From NCBI GenBank assembly GCA_038087875.1, contig CM075988.1, positions 17,920,001 to 17,984,000 on the forward strand: a DNA stretch of 64,000 bases, written 5' to 3'. The stretch's first letter is position 1. Every line of letters begins with the position of its first letter. This DNA is from Malacoraja senta. Its lineage: Eukaryota. The position numbers and the translations under genes are program-made. This document shows, piece after piece, positions 24,863 to 37,172 of the stretch. The notes under the pieces are model-generated. The model worked only from the letters and a program-made list of their open reading frames with translations. It ran no database searches and had not been told where the DNA came from.

Positions 24863-25805
24863 GTAAGTGATGGTACAGCTGGCATGGTACACTTGAAACT
24901 TGAGGGAGATGTCAGCATGTGCAATGTGACAAATGTGTCACCTCATCGAAACCAACGAGTCTGGCTTTTGTGGAACTGGTTGAAAGTCCGTTGCAATCGG
25001 GCACCGCAGTGCTTATATTGCTCACAGATCAACTTTATTTTGTAGGCATATGAAAAAATTGCAGATGCTGGTATAAATAGAAGATAAATGCCAGAGTAAC
25101 TCAGCGGGACGTCTCTCATCTCTCCAGAGATGCTGCCTGTCCCGCTGAGTTACTCCAGCATTTTGTGTCGATCTTTTATTTTTGTAGGTGCTCGCCTTTC
25201 TATACAAAGCTAGCTTGGATAACTTGCAATTTAAAGTGGCATTTACTTCCTCGGTCTGAAGGTCTCGACACGAAACATGACCCTTTTTTTTCAGAGACGC
25301 TGCCTGACCCGCTGAGTTACTACTCTAGCTCCAGAATTGCACAGTTGGATTGTTATAACTGGGCAGAGAGTCGCTAGTTCCATCAGCTTCCACCCCCAAG
25401 CTCGTGTAGAACAACCCACCCAGGCCCATCTCCATTCCTTCCACCTGGAACCCTGCATGTACCTGCCCCCTCAGTAGCCCTTCTTCGGCTCTCTGACTGG
25501 TGAAGGCCAACGTGCCAACTGCCTTAATAGACAATAGACAATAGGTGCAGGAGTAGGCCATTTGGCCCTTCGAGCCAGCTCCGCCATTCAATGTGTTCAT
25601 GGCTGATCATCCCCAATCAGTAACCCGTTCCTGCCTTCAGCCATAGGTTGCTCAATACCGCCGAGTTGGTTTAACTACACTTGGGCATCGCCACTGCTAC
25701 TTAGTTTATTTTTTAACCACGACACAAAATTTAGGAAGCAAAAAATATAAGCTTTGATTTTCAAATCTGTCTAACTATATTGTTACAAAATGATTGCCTC
25801 CACAG

Positions 25806-26224
25806 ACTTTAAACGTGAGTTCCATGCTTATCCTGGGCATCAGCCAGAGTTAAACCCTCCGATCACCAAGATATTCCCAAAGACCACCTACATGCTGGAT
25901 TATATGGACCCCGTGTTGCATGCCAATCCTCTCGCACAGTTTGAGCCGGACAGAGGGGAGAGCCAGCAGGTCGAATATTGCGGGCTTCCGGTCACACCAG
26001 AAGCGGACAAGCAGCAATTATGTTTCTCTTACATTCCTCTGGAACCCTGCTCGTCCACTGACGGAACGGAGGGCAGGCAATCGGATCTCCCGTTTTGTGG
26101 GTCTTTCGTCCCCACGAGGTGTCCTTTGGGGCCGTGCACGGCGCAGTTTTGCCAGCCTTGTACACCGGCTGTGGTACCTCCCGGGCCAGGCCTGTCTGCG
26201 TGCTGTGGACCCGGAGCTCCCTGA
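25806..26224 (+). CDS. CFAP68: CFAP68 last coding exon, with a long C-terminal extension
   Basis: YFKREFHAYPGHQPELNPPITKIFPKTTYMLDY (cf. human FKREPHWFPGHQPELDPP..KSTYM); the ORF runs on to TGA at 26222-26224, total about 219 aa; AATAAA at 26327 and 26505. Confidence 0.88.
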
Positions 26225-26938
26225 GGAATAGCACTCGGTCTGGGAGAGGAATCAGTGAAGCGGCGCAGTAAGGGATGGGAGAGAACAAGGAGACATTCAT
26301 TGTAATTAATAGTCTGAAATGACTCAAATAAACAGGGCGTGGTGTATGTAACCCCGTGTGCTGAGAATGTGATTTTTATTTAACGGTGAAACCGTTTATA
26401 ACTCAGTCCGTGACAGCCATGGACGATGACACGTTGGCCTGGCTCACCTCAACGGAGCTGCAGGTCTAAAAGACATACGACAGAAGAAGAAGAAGCCATC
26501 AAGAAATAAACGTTTGATGTCTAGTAACGGAGATGCAGAGAAAGGCGGCGCAGAGCAAGGGTCTCGACCCGAAACGTCACCTATTCCTTTTCTCCAGAGA
26601 TATTGTCTGACCCGCTGAGTTACTCCACCTTTTTGTGTCTATCTATCTTCGTTGTAAACCAGCATCTGCAGTTCCTTCCTACCTGAGGGAGCGGTGCTGT
26701 GTTGGCTCTGCAGAGTCCAGCGATCCTCGCTGTAAGTTCCTCATTCTTCAGGCACCCGGGGAGTTCCATTGCAGGTCTATCTGCAGAATCGGTCTTCTGC
26801 TCTGTGTGTCGTATGTGCTTGCTGAACTCTGGAGGCAAGTCAGTGAGTTCAAGACCCTTCAAACCAAGTGGGCTATTTAATGAAATCCATGCTTCAGGGC
26901 AGCGTGCAGCTTGAGTTACTTCAGAAACATGTCTTTCA

Positions 26939-27010
26939 TCATTCATTCATTCATTCATTCATTCCTTCATTCCTTCATTCATTCATCCATTCATTCATTC
27001 ATTCATTCAT
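26939..27010. repeat. (TTCA)n microsatellite
   Basis: About 17 tetramer units; probably the tail of an adjacent retroelement. Confidence 0.95.
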
Positions 27011-27786
27011 TTATCGTTGTTGAAAACATTAGCGACGCAGTGTTGCTGGTTTCCAACGAGAACGGTGACGGACGCACCACACATCTCTGTCCTCCAGTTA
27101 CTGCGGACTTCCGCCGCTGGAAGTATAGGATTTTGGTGAGTGTGCTATATCATTCCTACAATGCCATGTACGACAGTGATCGCAACTTCTACTGAAGCGT
27201 TGGCTCGCTAGCGATACGTCACGATATAAACTTGCATGAGAGATTATTTGATGATTATTTGTTGGTGTAGCCGTTGTACTTTTAGGTAAATTCTGCTGTT
27301 ACGATAGAACTTTATTTGTCCCAGAAGGGAAAGTGATGTAGTGAACATGTACTAACAAATCACCACAACCTGTTGCAAATCTTTACACAATGCAACAGGA
27401 ATACTGTGCTTGTGTCGGGCGACCTTGTTTCCTTTCAAAGGCCGATGGTGTCATTTACTGTGTAGGAAGGAACTGCAGATGCTGGTTTACACCGAAGATG
27501 GACACAAAGTGCTGGAGTAACTCCGAGGGACAGGCAGCATCTCTGGAGAGAAGGAATGGGTTTCGGGTCGAGACCCTTCTTTAATGGGGTGTGGCGATGA
27601 GTGAGGGGCAGCGAGGTAACGAGGTTGTTATTTGTTTGTACTAAACCATTGCATCTGTGCACTGGCTGATAAGGTAAGCAAATGCCACAAATAATTGACT
27701 ATTATCCTGAAATGCCTCATCTGTCACGGGCTTACAGCAGGAAACGAAGGAAATAAACAGGTTAATTTGGTTCATCAATTGTTGAT

Positions 27787-27792
27787 TTTATT
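27787..27792 (-). terminator. CRYAB polyadenylation signal
   Basis: AATAAA on the - strand about 170 nt after the stop codon. Confidence 0.7.
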
Positions 27793-27960
27793 TTAAGGTG
27801 AGATTAATGAAGGCAGCAAAGATAAATGTTTGTTGCAAGCTGACATATTAAGGAATGTTTGATTACATTGCGATACAAAAATGTTACACAAAAAGCGAAA
27901 GGCGATACTTTAATGGCTTGAAGTTGTTTCACACTGAACTCAACAGAAAGGTCCGAGGAT

Positions 27961-28164
27961 TCACATCTGCTGAGGTCCAGCGACCGCAGGTTTCTCCTCT
28001 CGCAAGATGGGCACGGTTCTCTCGGGGACGTCCGCCACTTTCCGGGGACCGGTGACGGTCATGACTCCGTCCGCCGACAGCGAGGAGGTGATCAGAGTCG
28101 GGTCCACTCCCGCCGGGATCTTGTACTTGCGGTGAAACTCCCGGGAAATATAGCCGTGTTCATC
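27961..28164 (-). CDS. CRYAB: AlphaB-crystallin exon 3 (coding part)
   Basis: [22 protein letters not shown]...[21 protein letters not shown]; total 176 aa. Confidence 0.97.
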   Translation of the reverse strand, partial: DEHGYISREFHRKYKIPAGVDPTLITSSLSADGVMTVTGPRKVADVPERTVPILREEKPAVAGPQQM

Positions 28165-29643
28165 CTGCAGAACAGAAGGTTTGAGCTGCTGAATATTCCG
28201 CTGTCTTTGCTTCACAAAGTAGAGATACCACACGGAAAAGCTCAGACCAGTCAGCGGTCATTGGGGATTTTCTATTCAGTTCTGAACTCGCCTGTACTCC
28301 CTGGAGTTTAGACGTATGAGGGGGGACCTCATTGAAACGCAGTGAAAGGCCTGGATAGAGGGAATGTAGAGAGGATGTTTGTTTCCACTAGGGGGAGAGT
28401 ATAGGACCAGAGGCCATAGCCTCAGAATAAAAGGACATACCTTTAAAAAGGAGACGAGAAGGAATCTTATTAGTCAGGGTGGTGAATATGTGGAATTAAT
28501 TGCCTCAGAAGGTTGTGGAGGCCAAACCAAAGCATATTTTTAAAGCAGAGATTGATAGATTCACCACCTTCTGATTAAAGAAATTCCTCCTCATCTCCTT
28601 CCTAAAGGAACATCCTTTAATTCTGCCACTATGGCCTCTGGTCCAAGACTCTCCAACTGGTGGAAACATCCTCTCCACAACCACTCGATCCAGGCCTTTC
28701 ACTATTCGGTAAGTTTCAATGAGGTCCACCCTTATCCTTCCATACTCCAGTGGGTACAGGTCCAAAGCCGTCAAACACATTTTCCTGCATTAACATGCAG
28801 CTACACAACACTCCTCCACTGAACCAGCACACTCATGCGCCCTCTGCAGAATTAATTACGAGACAGTAGTCATAGAGTTAGATAACAACACAATACGTGA
28901 CAGATGCCTGAAACATGTGTTGTTTGTTGACATTTCTCTGGAACACCAGAGGTTGCGGAGAGACATAACAGAAGTATAATAAATGATGAGAGGAATAGAT
29001 AGGGTAGACAGTCTGTACCTTTTCACTGGGATGTATATATCAAATAGTAGAGGGCACCGCTTTAAGGTGAGAGGGGTAAAGTTTAAAGGAAATGTGCAGG
29101 GCAAGATTTTTTTCACAGAGAGGATGGCGAGTGCCTGGAATGCGCTGCCGGGGTTGGTTGTGGAGGCAGATGCTACAGTGGCATTTTAGAGACTTTTGGA
29201 TAGGTACATGGATATGCAGGGATATGGATTATGTGCAGGTGGCCAAGGGCCGGTCTTGGCATTAGGACCGTTTGGCACAGACATTGTAAGCGGAAGGGCC
29301 TGTTGCACTCTTCTAGGTTTTATGTTCCATGGTTTCACTTCACCCAAGGGAGCAGTGTAGTGAGCAACAGGAGCTAGCTGATGAAAGCAGGCATCACAGT
29401 TGGTGCTCACCCTGCCTTCAGTGGACAGCCTCAGGAGTACAGGGCAACTGAAAACATTGGCCAGTGAGCAGGAACTTATGTCACACACCGGTGATCATGT
29501 TCATAAGTGATATGAGTATTCGGCCCAACAAGTCTACTCCGCCATTCAATCATGGCTGATCTATCTCTCCCTCCTAATCTTATTCTCCCGCCTTCTCCCC
29601 ATAACCCCTGACACCCGGACTAATCAAGAATCTATCTATCTCT

Positions 29644-29782
29644 TCTTCTTCTTGCGTATGGCGTGCACAGCCTAAAGTTGTAGGACAACTTGTTCTATTT
29701 GATCTTATTTGATTGTGCACAACGGGTTGATTGCATTCGTCGAAACAGGGCGGACCACGTGAAGGTTGCAATCTTCCACCCC
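29644..29782 (-). mobile_element. Short (GAA)n-tailed retroposon, copy 2
   Basis: TSD CTATCTATCTCT; inserted into a CR1 fragment. Confidence 0.8.
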
Positions 29783-30299
29783 TATCTATCTCTGTGGGGT
29801 GGGAGATTGCAACCTTCACGGTCTATCTCGGTCTTAAAAATATCCATTGACTTGGCCTCCACAGCCTTTTTGTGGCAAAGAATTCCACAGATTCGCCACC
29901 CTCTGACTGAATGCTTTCACTGTCAATTAACATCAATTAATCCGAAGCACATTCGGGATGGAAGTGACAAGATTCCTGGAACCTGTGAACTATATTGCAT
30001 CTGTCACATCTTCAGAACTTTCTGGAAACGACTCTAGAACCACTGAATCACTAATGAAGTGTTGCTGCCATCTAACCTCAGTAAGTTGCTGAGCCAAAGA
30101 TAGTTGTTGCAACTGACTTTATAAATACATCTCCTGCTGAGATAAGGTGTCTGATGCACACTGCACTCCCCACCCGCTGACACTGACTGACATCAATCCA
30201 AGCTCAGATACGTGAGCACCAGCTTTGGCCGGAGCCCCATTGAACCCTTGAACCACTGAGTGTAAATCCACACAGGAGAAGTCGTCGCCGCTGTAAGAC

Positions 30300-30680
30300 G
30301 TATTTTGCTTGGGCAGCTTACAACCCAGCGGTATGAATATTGACTTCTCTAACTTCAAGTAACCCTTGCTTTCCCTCTCTCTCTCCATCCCTCACTCACC
30401 CGAGATCTACAACTAGTTTGACTGACCGACTGATTAATTTTTACTTTGTACGCCTTTTTGTCACCTTCCCCTAGCAAACAGTGATCCTCTCAACATTTTC
30501 CTTGAGTTTCGTCCCCTTTGATCTCTCGTTTTCACACCTTATCCTTCCGTATCTTGATGTCTCCCCCTCCCCTGACTCAGTCTGAAGACGGGTCTTGACC
30601 AGAAACATCACCCATTCCTTCTCTCCAGAGATGCTGCCTGTCCCGCTGAGTTACTCTAGCATTTTGTGTCTATCTTCGCT
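30300..30680 (+). mobile_element. Penelope-like element 3' end (degenerate hammerhead)
   Basis: FCLGSLQPSGMNIDFSNFK*, followed by the common pseudo-LTR (...CAGAGATGCTGCCTGTCCCGCTGAGTTACTC...). Confidence 0.7.
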
Positions 30681-31765
30681 GTCCGAAGGTTCTTCTTCTC
30701 CTGTCTGATTGCCCGTTGTCCAGTTAATAACTACTGAGGTTATATTTAAATAATTTCTACAACCTGGACATGTTGTTGAAAGTAAAATGTATCTGTTTGT
30801 AGAATTGGTGGTATTAACATAACTGACTTGGAGGTGGCACAGTGGCGCAGCGGTAGAGTTGCTGCCTCACAGCGCCAGAGACCCTGCCTACAGGTGTTGT
30901 CCATATAGTTTGTACATTCTCCCCGTGACCACATGGCTTTTTTTCTGTGTGTTCCGGTTTCCTTCCACATTCCAAAGATGTGCAGGTTTGCAGGTTAAAC
31001 GTCTGACGAAGGGTCTCGACTCGAAATGTCACCTATTCTTCTCTCCAGAGATGCTGCCTGTCCCGCTGAGTTACTCCATCACTTTGTGTCTATCTTCGGT
31101 GTAAGCCAAGATCTGCAGTTCCTTCCCACACAGGTTTGTAGGTTAATTGGCTTCTGTAAATCGTCCTCAGTGTGTAGGATAGTACTAGTGTACGGGGTGA
31201 GAGGTTATCGCTGGTCGACACGGACTCAGTGGGCCGAAAGGCCTGTTTCCACGCTGTATTTCTCGACTAAAACTAAACTAAATGTAAACAGCGGCCGACT
31301 TAAGACCAGTCTGATCACCACCTGTATTTCCCATCCGGACTGAGCATATTCAGAATGCTTCATGGCTGCAAACACTCTAAAGTGCTGCCATAGCATTGGC
31401 TTGCTTCCAATGGTCTGATAGCAGACCCAGACTGCATCGCATCAGCTGGTCACCAGCGTAAACAAAGTCTACACCAATAAAAATGAATTGGAAGGAACTG
31501 GAAAACCTTTTCAAAATCATCTAGACCTAATCTGCTGCTGTAGGGGACTTTAAAATCCCTGTGGGGACAACCTTGTTTACTCACCCATACTAGTCCTAGC
31601 CCTCACTCAAATTAGCAGCCTGTGAAGGAATGTTCTCCTTCCCACCCAGGGTATGTCTCCTGCAAATTCAACTCAACCCACATTTCTTATTCTTTAAAAT
31701 TTACCCAGCAGTGAAAGCACCGACTAAGAGGATGATCTAAAGCGGAACCGGAGAGTGAGGCTTAC

Positions 31766-31888
31766 CTGACGCTCTTCATGTTGGGCTTGGATTTCAATGA
31801 AGTCCCCCAGGATTTTGACTCGAATTTCCTCAGGGGTGAAATGTTTGACATCAAGGTGAATTGCAAACTTGTCCTTGTCCAGCCTCAC
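31766..31888 (-). CDS. CRYAB: AlphaB-crystallin exon 2
   Basis: [41 protein letters not shown]; 123 bp, AG/GT flanks. Confidence 0.97.
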
Positions 31889-34800
31889 CTGCAAGAGATA
31901 AAGCATGCATCCTGAGCAGAGTGGACGCCAAGTTCCCAAATTTTCTTCTATATTACCCAGTGATAAAATAAGTTGTACAGAAACATGACCCTGAAACCCC
32001 CAACTCAGCTCAGATGGCAGGATATTGTAATTGGGACAGTTCAGTGCACAAGTCCATGAATTATTCGCTGAATGTCTTTGGTGTCCTGTGGCTGGGAGAG
32101 CAGTTCGTAAGTTCTAGGAGCAGAATTAGGCCATTCGGCCCATCAAGTCAATCAGCCATTCAATCATGGCAGATCTATCTATCCCTCTCAACCCCGTTCT
32201 CCTGCATTCTCCCCATAGCCCCCGAATCAAGAATTACTAATCAAGAATCTATCAATCTCCGCCTTAAAAATATCCATTGACTTGGCCCCCACAGCCGTCT
32301 GGACATTTTAATCCCCCAAGTAAGGGGACACAACCCGTTCCCAGTAAAACAACTTTAACAGGCTTTTCTGAATATTCTGTGTTACCAATAAAACTTGCAG
32401 TGGCATAAACCTGCTAGCCACTCAAAAAACATGCGTTGATTTTTAAAGATGGATCAATCAGGCTTATGTATTATTTTAATGCACTTTTTGTCCCAATGCA
32501 AAAACATTTTGCTTTCCTCCCCAACAAATAAAGCTGAGTTTCAAACCGTTGAACCTTGCTCTCCAGACTTTGTGAAGTGGTCTATCCTTGCAGAGCTGTG
32601 TGCAATAGGATAGGGCAGGTCTGGAGTTGGGGCTGCAAGGAAGATTCTTGTTGCTCCTGACTTGCAGGAAGGAGAACACCTCCTCTCTCCTCTGTAGAGT
32701 TTTGCATGTGATGCAATTTATATAATATACCTTGAAGTGTACGTCCGACAGTGGCAGAGGATTGGTGTCCATCCAAGGGTTAGCAGCAACTCACCAAAGT
32801 TTTATTGAAGGCACCACAGTCCATTCAGCCGATGGGATGCGAGGTTCATAGAAATACCGTCTCACTTCCAATCGCACACCGGTCTGATTTGGATGTATTG
32901 TTGTCCCTTTATTGTTGCTAGGCTAACATTCTGCAACTCCTTACCCATATAATCTGCAAGGTCACACACAGTCCAACCGTTGAGAGGGGTTAGACACAAA
33001 ATGCTGGAGTAACTCAGCGGGTCAGGCATCATTTCTGGAGAAAAGGAGTTGGTGACGTTTTTGGGCCGAGATCCTTCTTCAGACTGAGAGTCGGGGAGAG
33101 GGAAACTAGAGGTATGACAAGGTGCAGAACAAATTAGATTTCAAGTAACCCTTGCATTCCCTCTTACTCCGAGCCTTCTTCAGACTGAGGGGTTTGAGAG
33201 GGGTAGTTAAATGGAGAGTGTTCGGTGAGGGTAGGCCAGGGGAGGAGGGATGGTGAGGAGGTGTGGGTGTGGTGGATGCTGAATCCACACCAAGCGGCTT
33301 TGACCTGTGGAGTCCGGGCCCGAGCAGATAATGGCACCACCTTCTAAAGGCGGCAATGCTCGAGGTAGCAGCAAGCAGGTGAGTCAGTTGTTGCAGGAAC
33401 CAGGTCTACAACCCTCTCCCTCAGCGTGGACTTTATGTGATGGCTGCAATTGTGTTTTCCTAACAACTTGACCACAGGATGTATATGGAGAGCATTCTGT
33501 GCTGGTAATGTCGTTGACTGTCAGAAAGGGATGGCCCAGGCAGGTTTGTTCAAGTTGGTCAGAGTGCGGTGTGAATATTACTGGCCATTTATCACCTCAA
33601 GCCCAAGTTATCACCAAAAAGATGTTCTGAGGATCCAAGCTTTTCTAATCCTAACCCTTTTCACAGCAGAGATTCACGCCAATGATTCTATACATTTACC
33701 CCTGGTGCATAGAATAGTGAACAGTGACCAGGGAGGTGAGTTTTCGCTTGAGTGGGTGACTGGGGAAGAAACATAGAAAACATAGAAACATAGAAAATAT
33801 GTGCAGGAATTGACCATTTGGCCCTACGAGCCAGCACTGCTATTCAATATGATCATGGCTGTTCATCCAAAATCAGTACCCCGTTCCTGCTTTCTCCCAT
33901 ATCCCTTGATTCCGTTGCCCGAAGAAGCTAAATGTAACTCTCTCTTGAAATGCGTCAGTGGGCAAGTTTCCACTGTGCGCCCTGAGACAGTGAGTTCGAC
34001 AACAGCACAGAGAGTTTCGAAGATGGCCCTTCTGTGCAAGTGCATCCATTCAATGGTGTTTGACATGGGCTCTCTCTCATCACACCACTATGCTTCAATC
34101 AGCACAGTCCTTGCCAGCCCTGCACTGGAGATTGTGAAGCATTCTCTTCGGAAACAACACTCCACGGAATGTGGGGATGTGGCTGTCTGAACAGGCGGCT
34201 CGCTCTGCACAACGGCAGACATTGTGGGAACCGCTAACTCATGATGGGGTGAAGAATTGTTCTCAGAGATTGTCTTAAGATGTCTTAATATTTAAAACAT
34301 AAAACACTTACAGAGAGTCTTAAAGCATGGAAACAGGGCCTTCGGCCCAACTTGCCTACACCGGCCAACGTGTCCCAACTACACTAGTCCCACCTACCTG
34401 CATTTCAGATCAGATTTCAAGTAACCCTTGCATCCCTCTCCATTCCACTCCCACCCTAGTCATCCTGCTGGTTACACTGTTCATAGCCCATCGTTAGCAC
34501 CTCCTCCAAAGCCAACAATGGACCATTGTGGGCTCTTTGGCCATCTGTGCTGGCTCTGAATGTTCGAAAAGGTAGAAACAAATCAGAGCTGCCTCGAATG
34601 GTCAAGGTGGCCACAATGGTCCAACTGTTGGCTGTGGAGGAGGCCACAGCGAAGAGATAGATCAGGAAACTAGCAGGATGACGAGGAGGGAGAGGGACAG
34701 TAAGAGAGGGAATGCAAGAGTAACTTTGTTCTGTACCTTTTTGTTTCCCTCTGCCTGACTCTCAGTCTGAAGGATCTCAACCCGAAACGTCACCTATTCC

Positions 34801-35096
34801 TTTTTCTCCAGTGATACTGTCCTGACCCGCTCAGTTATCCCAGCATTTGATGTCTTTCTTCGGTGTAAACAAGTGTAAACAGTTCCTCTTACACAAAACA
34901 AATCTGACCAGACAACTGCCATTGATTATTAACTGCTCTAATGAACTACATCAATTACCTTCACACTCATCCCAGTCATACAGCATGGAAACAGCCCCTT
35001 CTGTCCACTGATTCCATGCTAACCACGACCTCATATTCACACTGATTCAATGCTAATCTCAATTTACTTTCGCCACATTTCCACAAACTGCCCATA

Positions 35097-36527
35097 TTGC
35101 ACCATCCTGTACTCAAAAGCCAAAGGATTACTAGTCTTAATGTCTACAGGCCTATCACACTAATCTCTGTAATCATGAAGACCCTTGAGAGACTTGTGCT
35201 GGCCCACCTGAAAAATATCACAAACCACCTGCTGGACCCCCTGCAGTTTGCATACCGGGCGGATAGATCAGTGGATGATGCCGTCAACCTAGCCCTCAAG
35301 CACCTAGACCGCCAGGGGACCTATCCAAGGATTTTGTTTGTGGATTTTAGCTCTGCATTCAACGCCATTGTGCCAGAAGCTACTACACTCCAAACTCTCC
35401 CACTTGACTGTGCCTGGACCCTCTGTCAGTGGATCACCAACTTCCTGACAAGACAGGAAGCAGCATGTGAGGCTGGGAAATTACATCTCGGACCTACTGA
35501 CCCTCAGCATAGGAGCTGCGTACTCTCCCCTCTCCTTTACTCTCTCGACACCAACCACTGCACCTCCACAGACTCCTCTGTCACGCTTCTCCAGTTTGCA
35601 GATGACACATCCTGATTGGACTGATCCAGGATGGGGTGGAATCTGCCTACAGACAGGAGGTGACAGCTGGTGCCATCCTGGTGCCATCGCAACAACCTGG
35701 AGCTCAATGCTCTTAAGTGAGGAATTGATTGCAGACTTTAGGAGAGCTCCCCTCTCCCCTCCCCCCACTAATCATCACAACACCACAGTCACATCTGTGG
35801 AGTCATTTGAGTTCCTGGGAACCATCATCCCAGGGACCTAAAATGGGAGGCCACCATCGACTCCACAATCAAAAAGGCCCAACAGATGATGTACTTCCTT
35901 TGTCAGCTGAGAAACACAATCAGCCCACAGGCAATGATGGTCCAGTTTTATACTGCCATCATAGAGTCTGTCCTCACCTTCTCCATCATGGTCTGGTTTG
36001 GCTCAGCCACCAAGCACGACATCCGGAGGATGCAGCGAATGGTCCGATCTGCCGAGAAGGATGTTGGCTGCAACCTTCCCCCCCCCCCCCCCCCCCCCCC
36101 CCCATCGACGAACTGTACACTGCAAGGGCAGGAAGCGATCGGGTAAAGTCATCTCTGACCCCTCTCACCCTGGCCACAAACTCTTTGAAGTACTTCTCTA
36201 TGGGAGGCGACTCCGGACTGTCAAAGCCGCCACAGCCAGACATAAAAACAGCCTTTTTATCACGAGTTTTCCACGAGCTCTACTCAACAGCCAAAAGTCT
36301 GTAGCCTCCTTTTGCTCTGGTATTTTATTTTATTGTCACATGTACCAATTAAGGTAGAGTGACATTCAATTTTTTATTCCTCACAGTTTCAATTATAATG
36401 TTTTATTTTTAATTGTCTACAGTATATCGTGTTGTTATCCTTGCGCGCAAAGCACCAAAGGCCAAATTCCTTGTAAGTATACATACTTGGCTAATAAAAT
36501 GTATGCAGTTCAATTCAATTCAATTCA
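35097..36527 (+). mobile_element. Degenerate Rex1/Babar-like LINE (RT plus C-terminus)
   Basis: YRPITL..MKTLERLV..LDPLQFAYR..RSVDDAV..ILFVDFSSAFNAI..QFADDT..FYTAIIESVLTFSIMVWFGS; frameshifted; AATAAA and (CAATT)n tail. Confidence 0.85.
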
Positions 36528-36833
36528 CTTGCCCATTAGGGGCAAATTAACTGCGGCCAATTAACCTCCCAACCCGCAAGTCTTTGGGATTGGGGAAACC
36601 GGAGCACCCGGAGTAAACCCACGCAGTCACGGTGTGATTATGCAAACTCCACGCCGACAGCACCCGAGGTTAGGATTGAATCTAGAGTTGTGAAGGTTAC
36701 GCACATGAGAATTGAACAAAATAAGAATTGTTCTGAGACAAACGCACATCTAATTCATCACACGCTCGCTAAGCAAACATGTTGTTAAATAACACGAAAA
36801 GGACACGGCGATATAAGAAGGCGGAGAACGTAC

Positions 36834-37037
36834 CTCTGAGAGTCCAGACTGCAACCAGCTGGGGGTCCTGCTCATGCCTGCCGCTCTCCAGTAGAAGGGG
36901 TTCACCAGAGAGGAGAAGTTGAGGAAGGGTTCGAGGTCAAAGTGTTCCCCAAAATGCTGGTCAAAGATGCGGGAGGGGAAGAGGGAGTTCTGGAAGAGGG
37001 AACGGCGAAACCACGGGTGTTGGATGGCAATGTCCAT
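36834..37037 (-). CDS. CRYAB: AlphaB-crystallin exon 1
   Basis: [12 protein letters not shown]...[12 protein letters not shown]...[12 protein letters not shown]; donor GAG|GTACGT. Confidence 0.97.
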
Positions 37038-37131
37038 CTTCTCGCTTTGAAAGGAAGGAGCGGGTTTAGCTTTGAAACTTGTGCCGACCTCAGTCCAAGA
37101 ACCGCTGCAGGTCAGCCCTGTGGCTGTGATC

Positions 37132-37139
37132 TTTATATA
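37132..37139 (-). promoter_or_regulatory. CRYAB TATA box
   Basis: TATATAAA about 95 nt upstream of the ATG. Confidence 0.85.
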
Positions 37140-37159
37140 CACAATGACACCCACCCATT

Positions 37160-37172
37160 GAACCTTCTGGAA
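37160..37172. promoter_or_regulatory. Heat-shock element (HSF site)
   Basis: Perfect GAAccTTCtgGAA (three alternating nGAAn units) about 20 bp upstream of the TATA box. Confidence 0.85.

Noticed and set aside
37038..37154. In-frame N-terminal extension of CRYAB in the ORF track
   Set aside because: It starts upstream of the TATA box; the canonical MDIAI start is at 37037.
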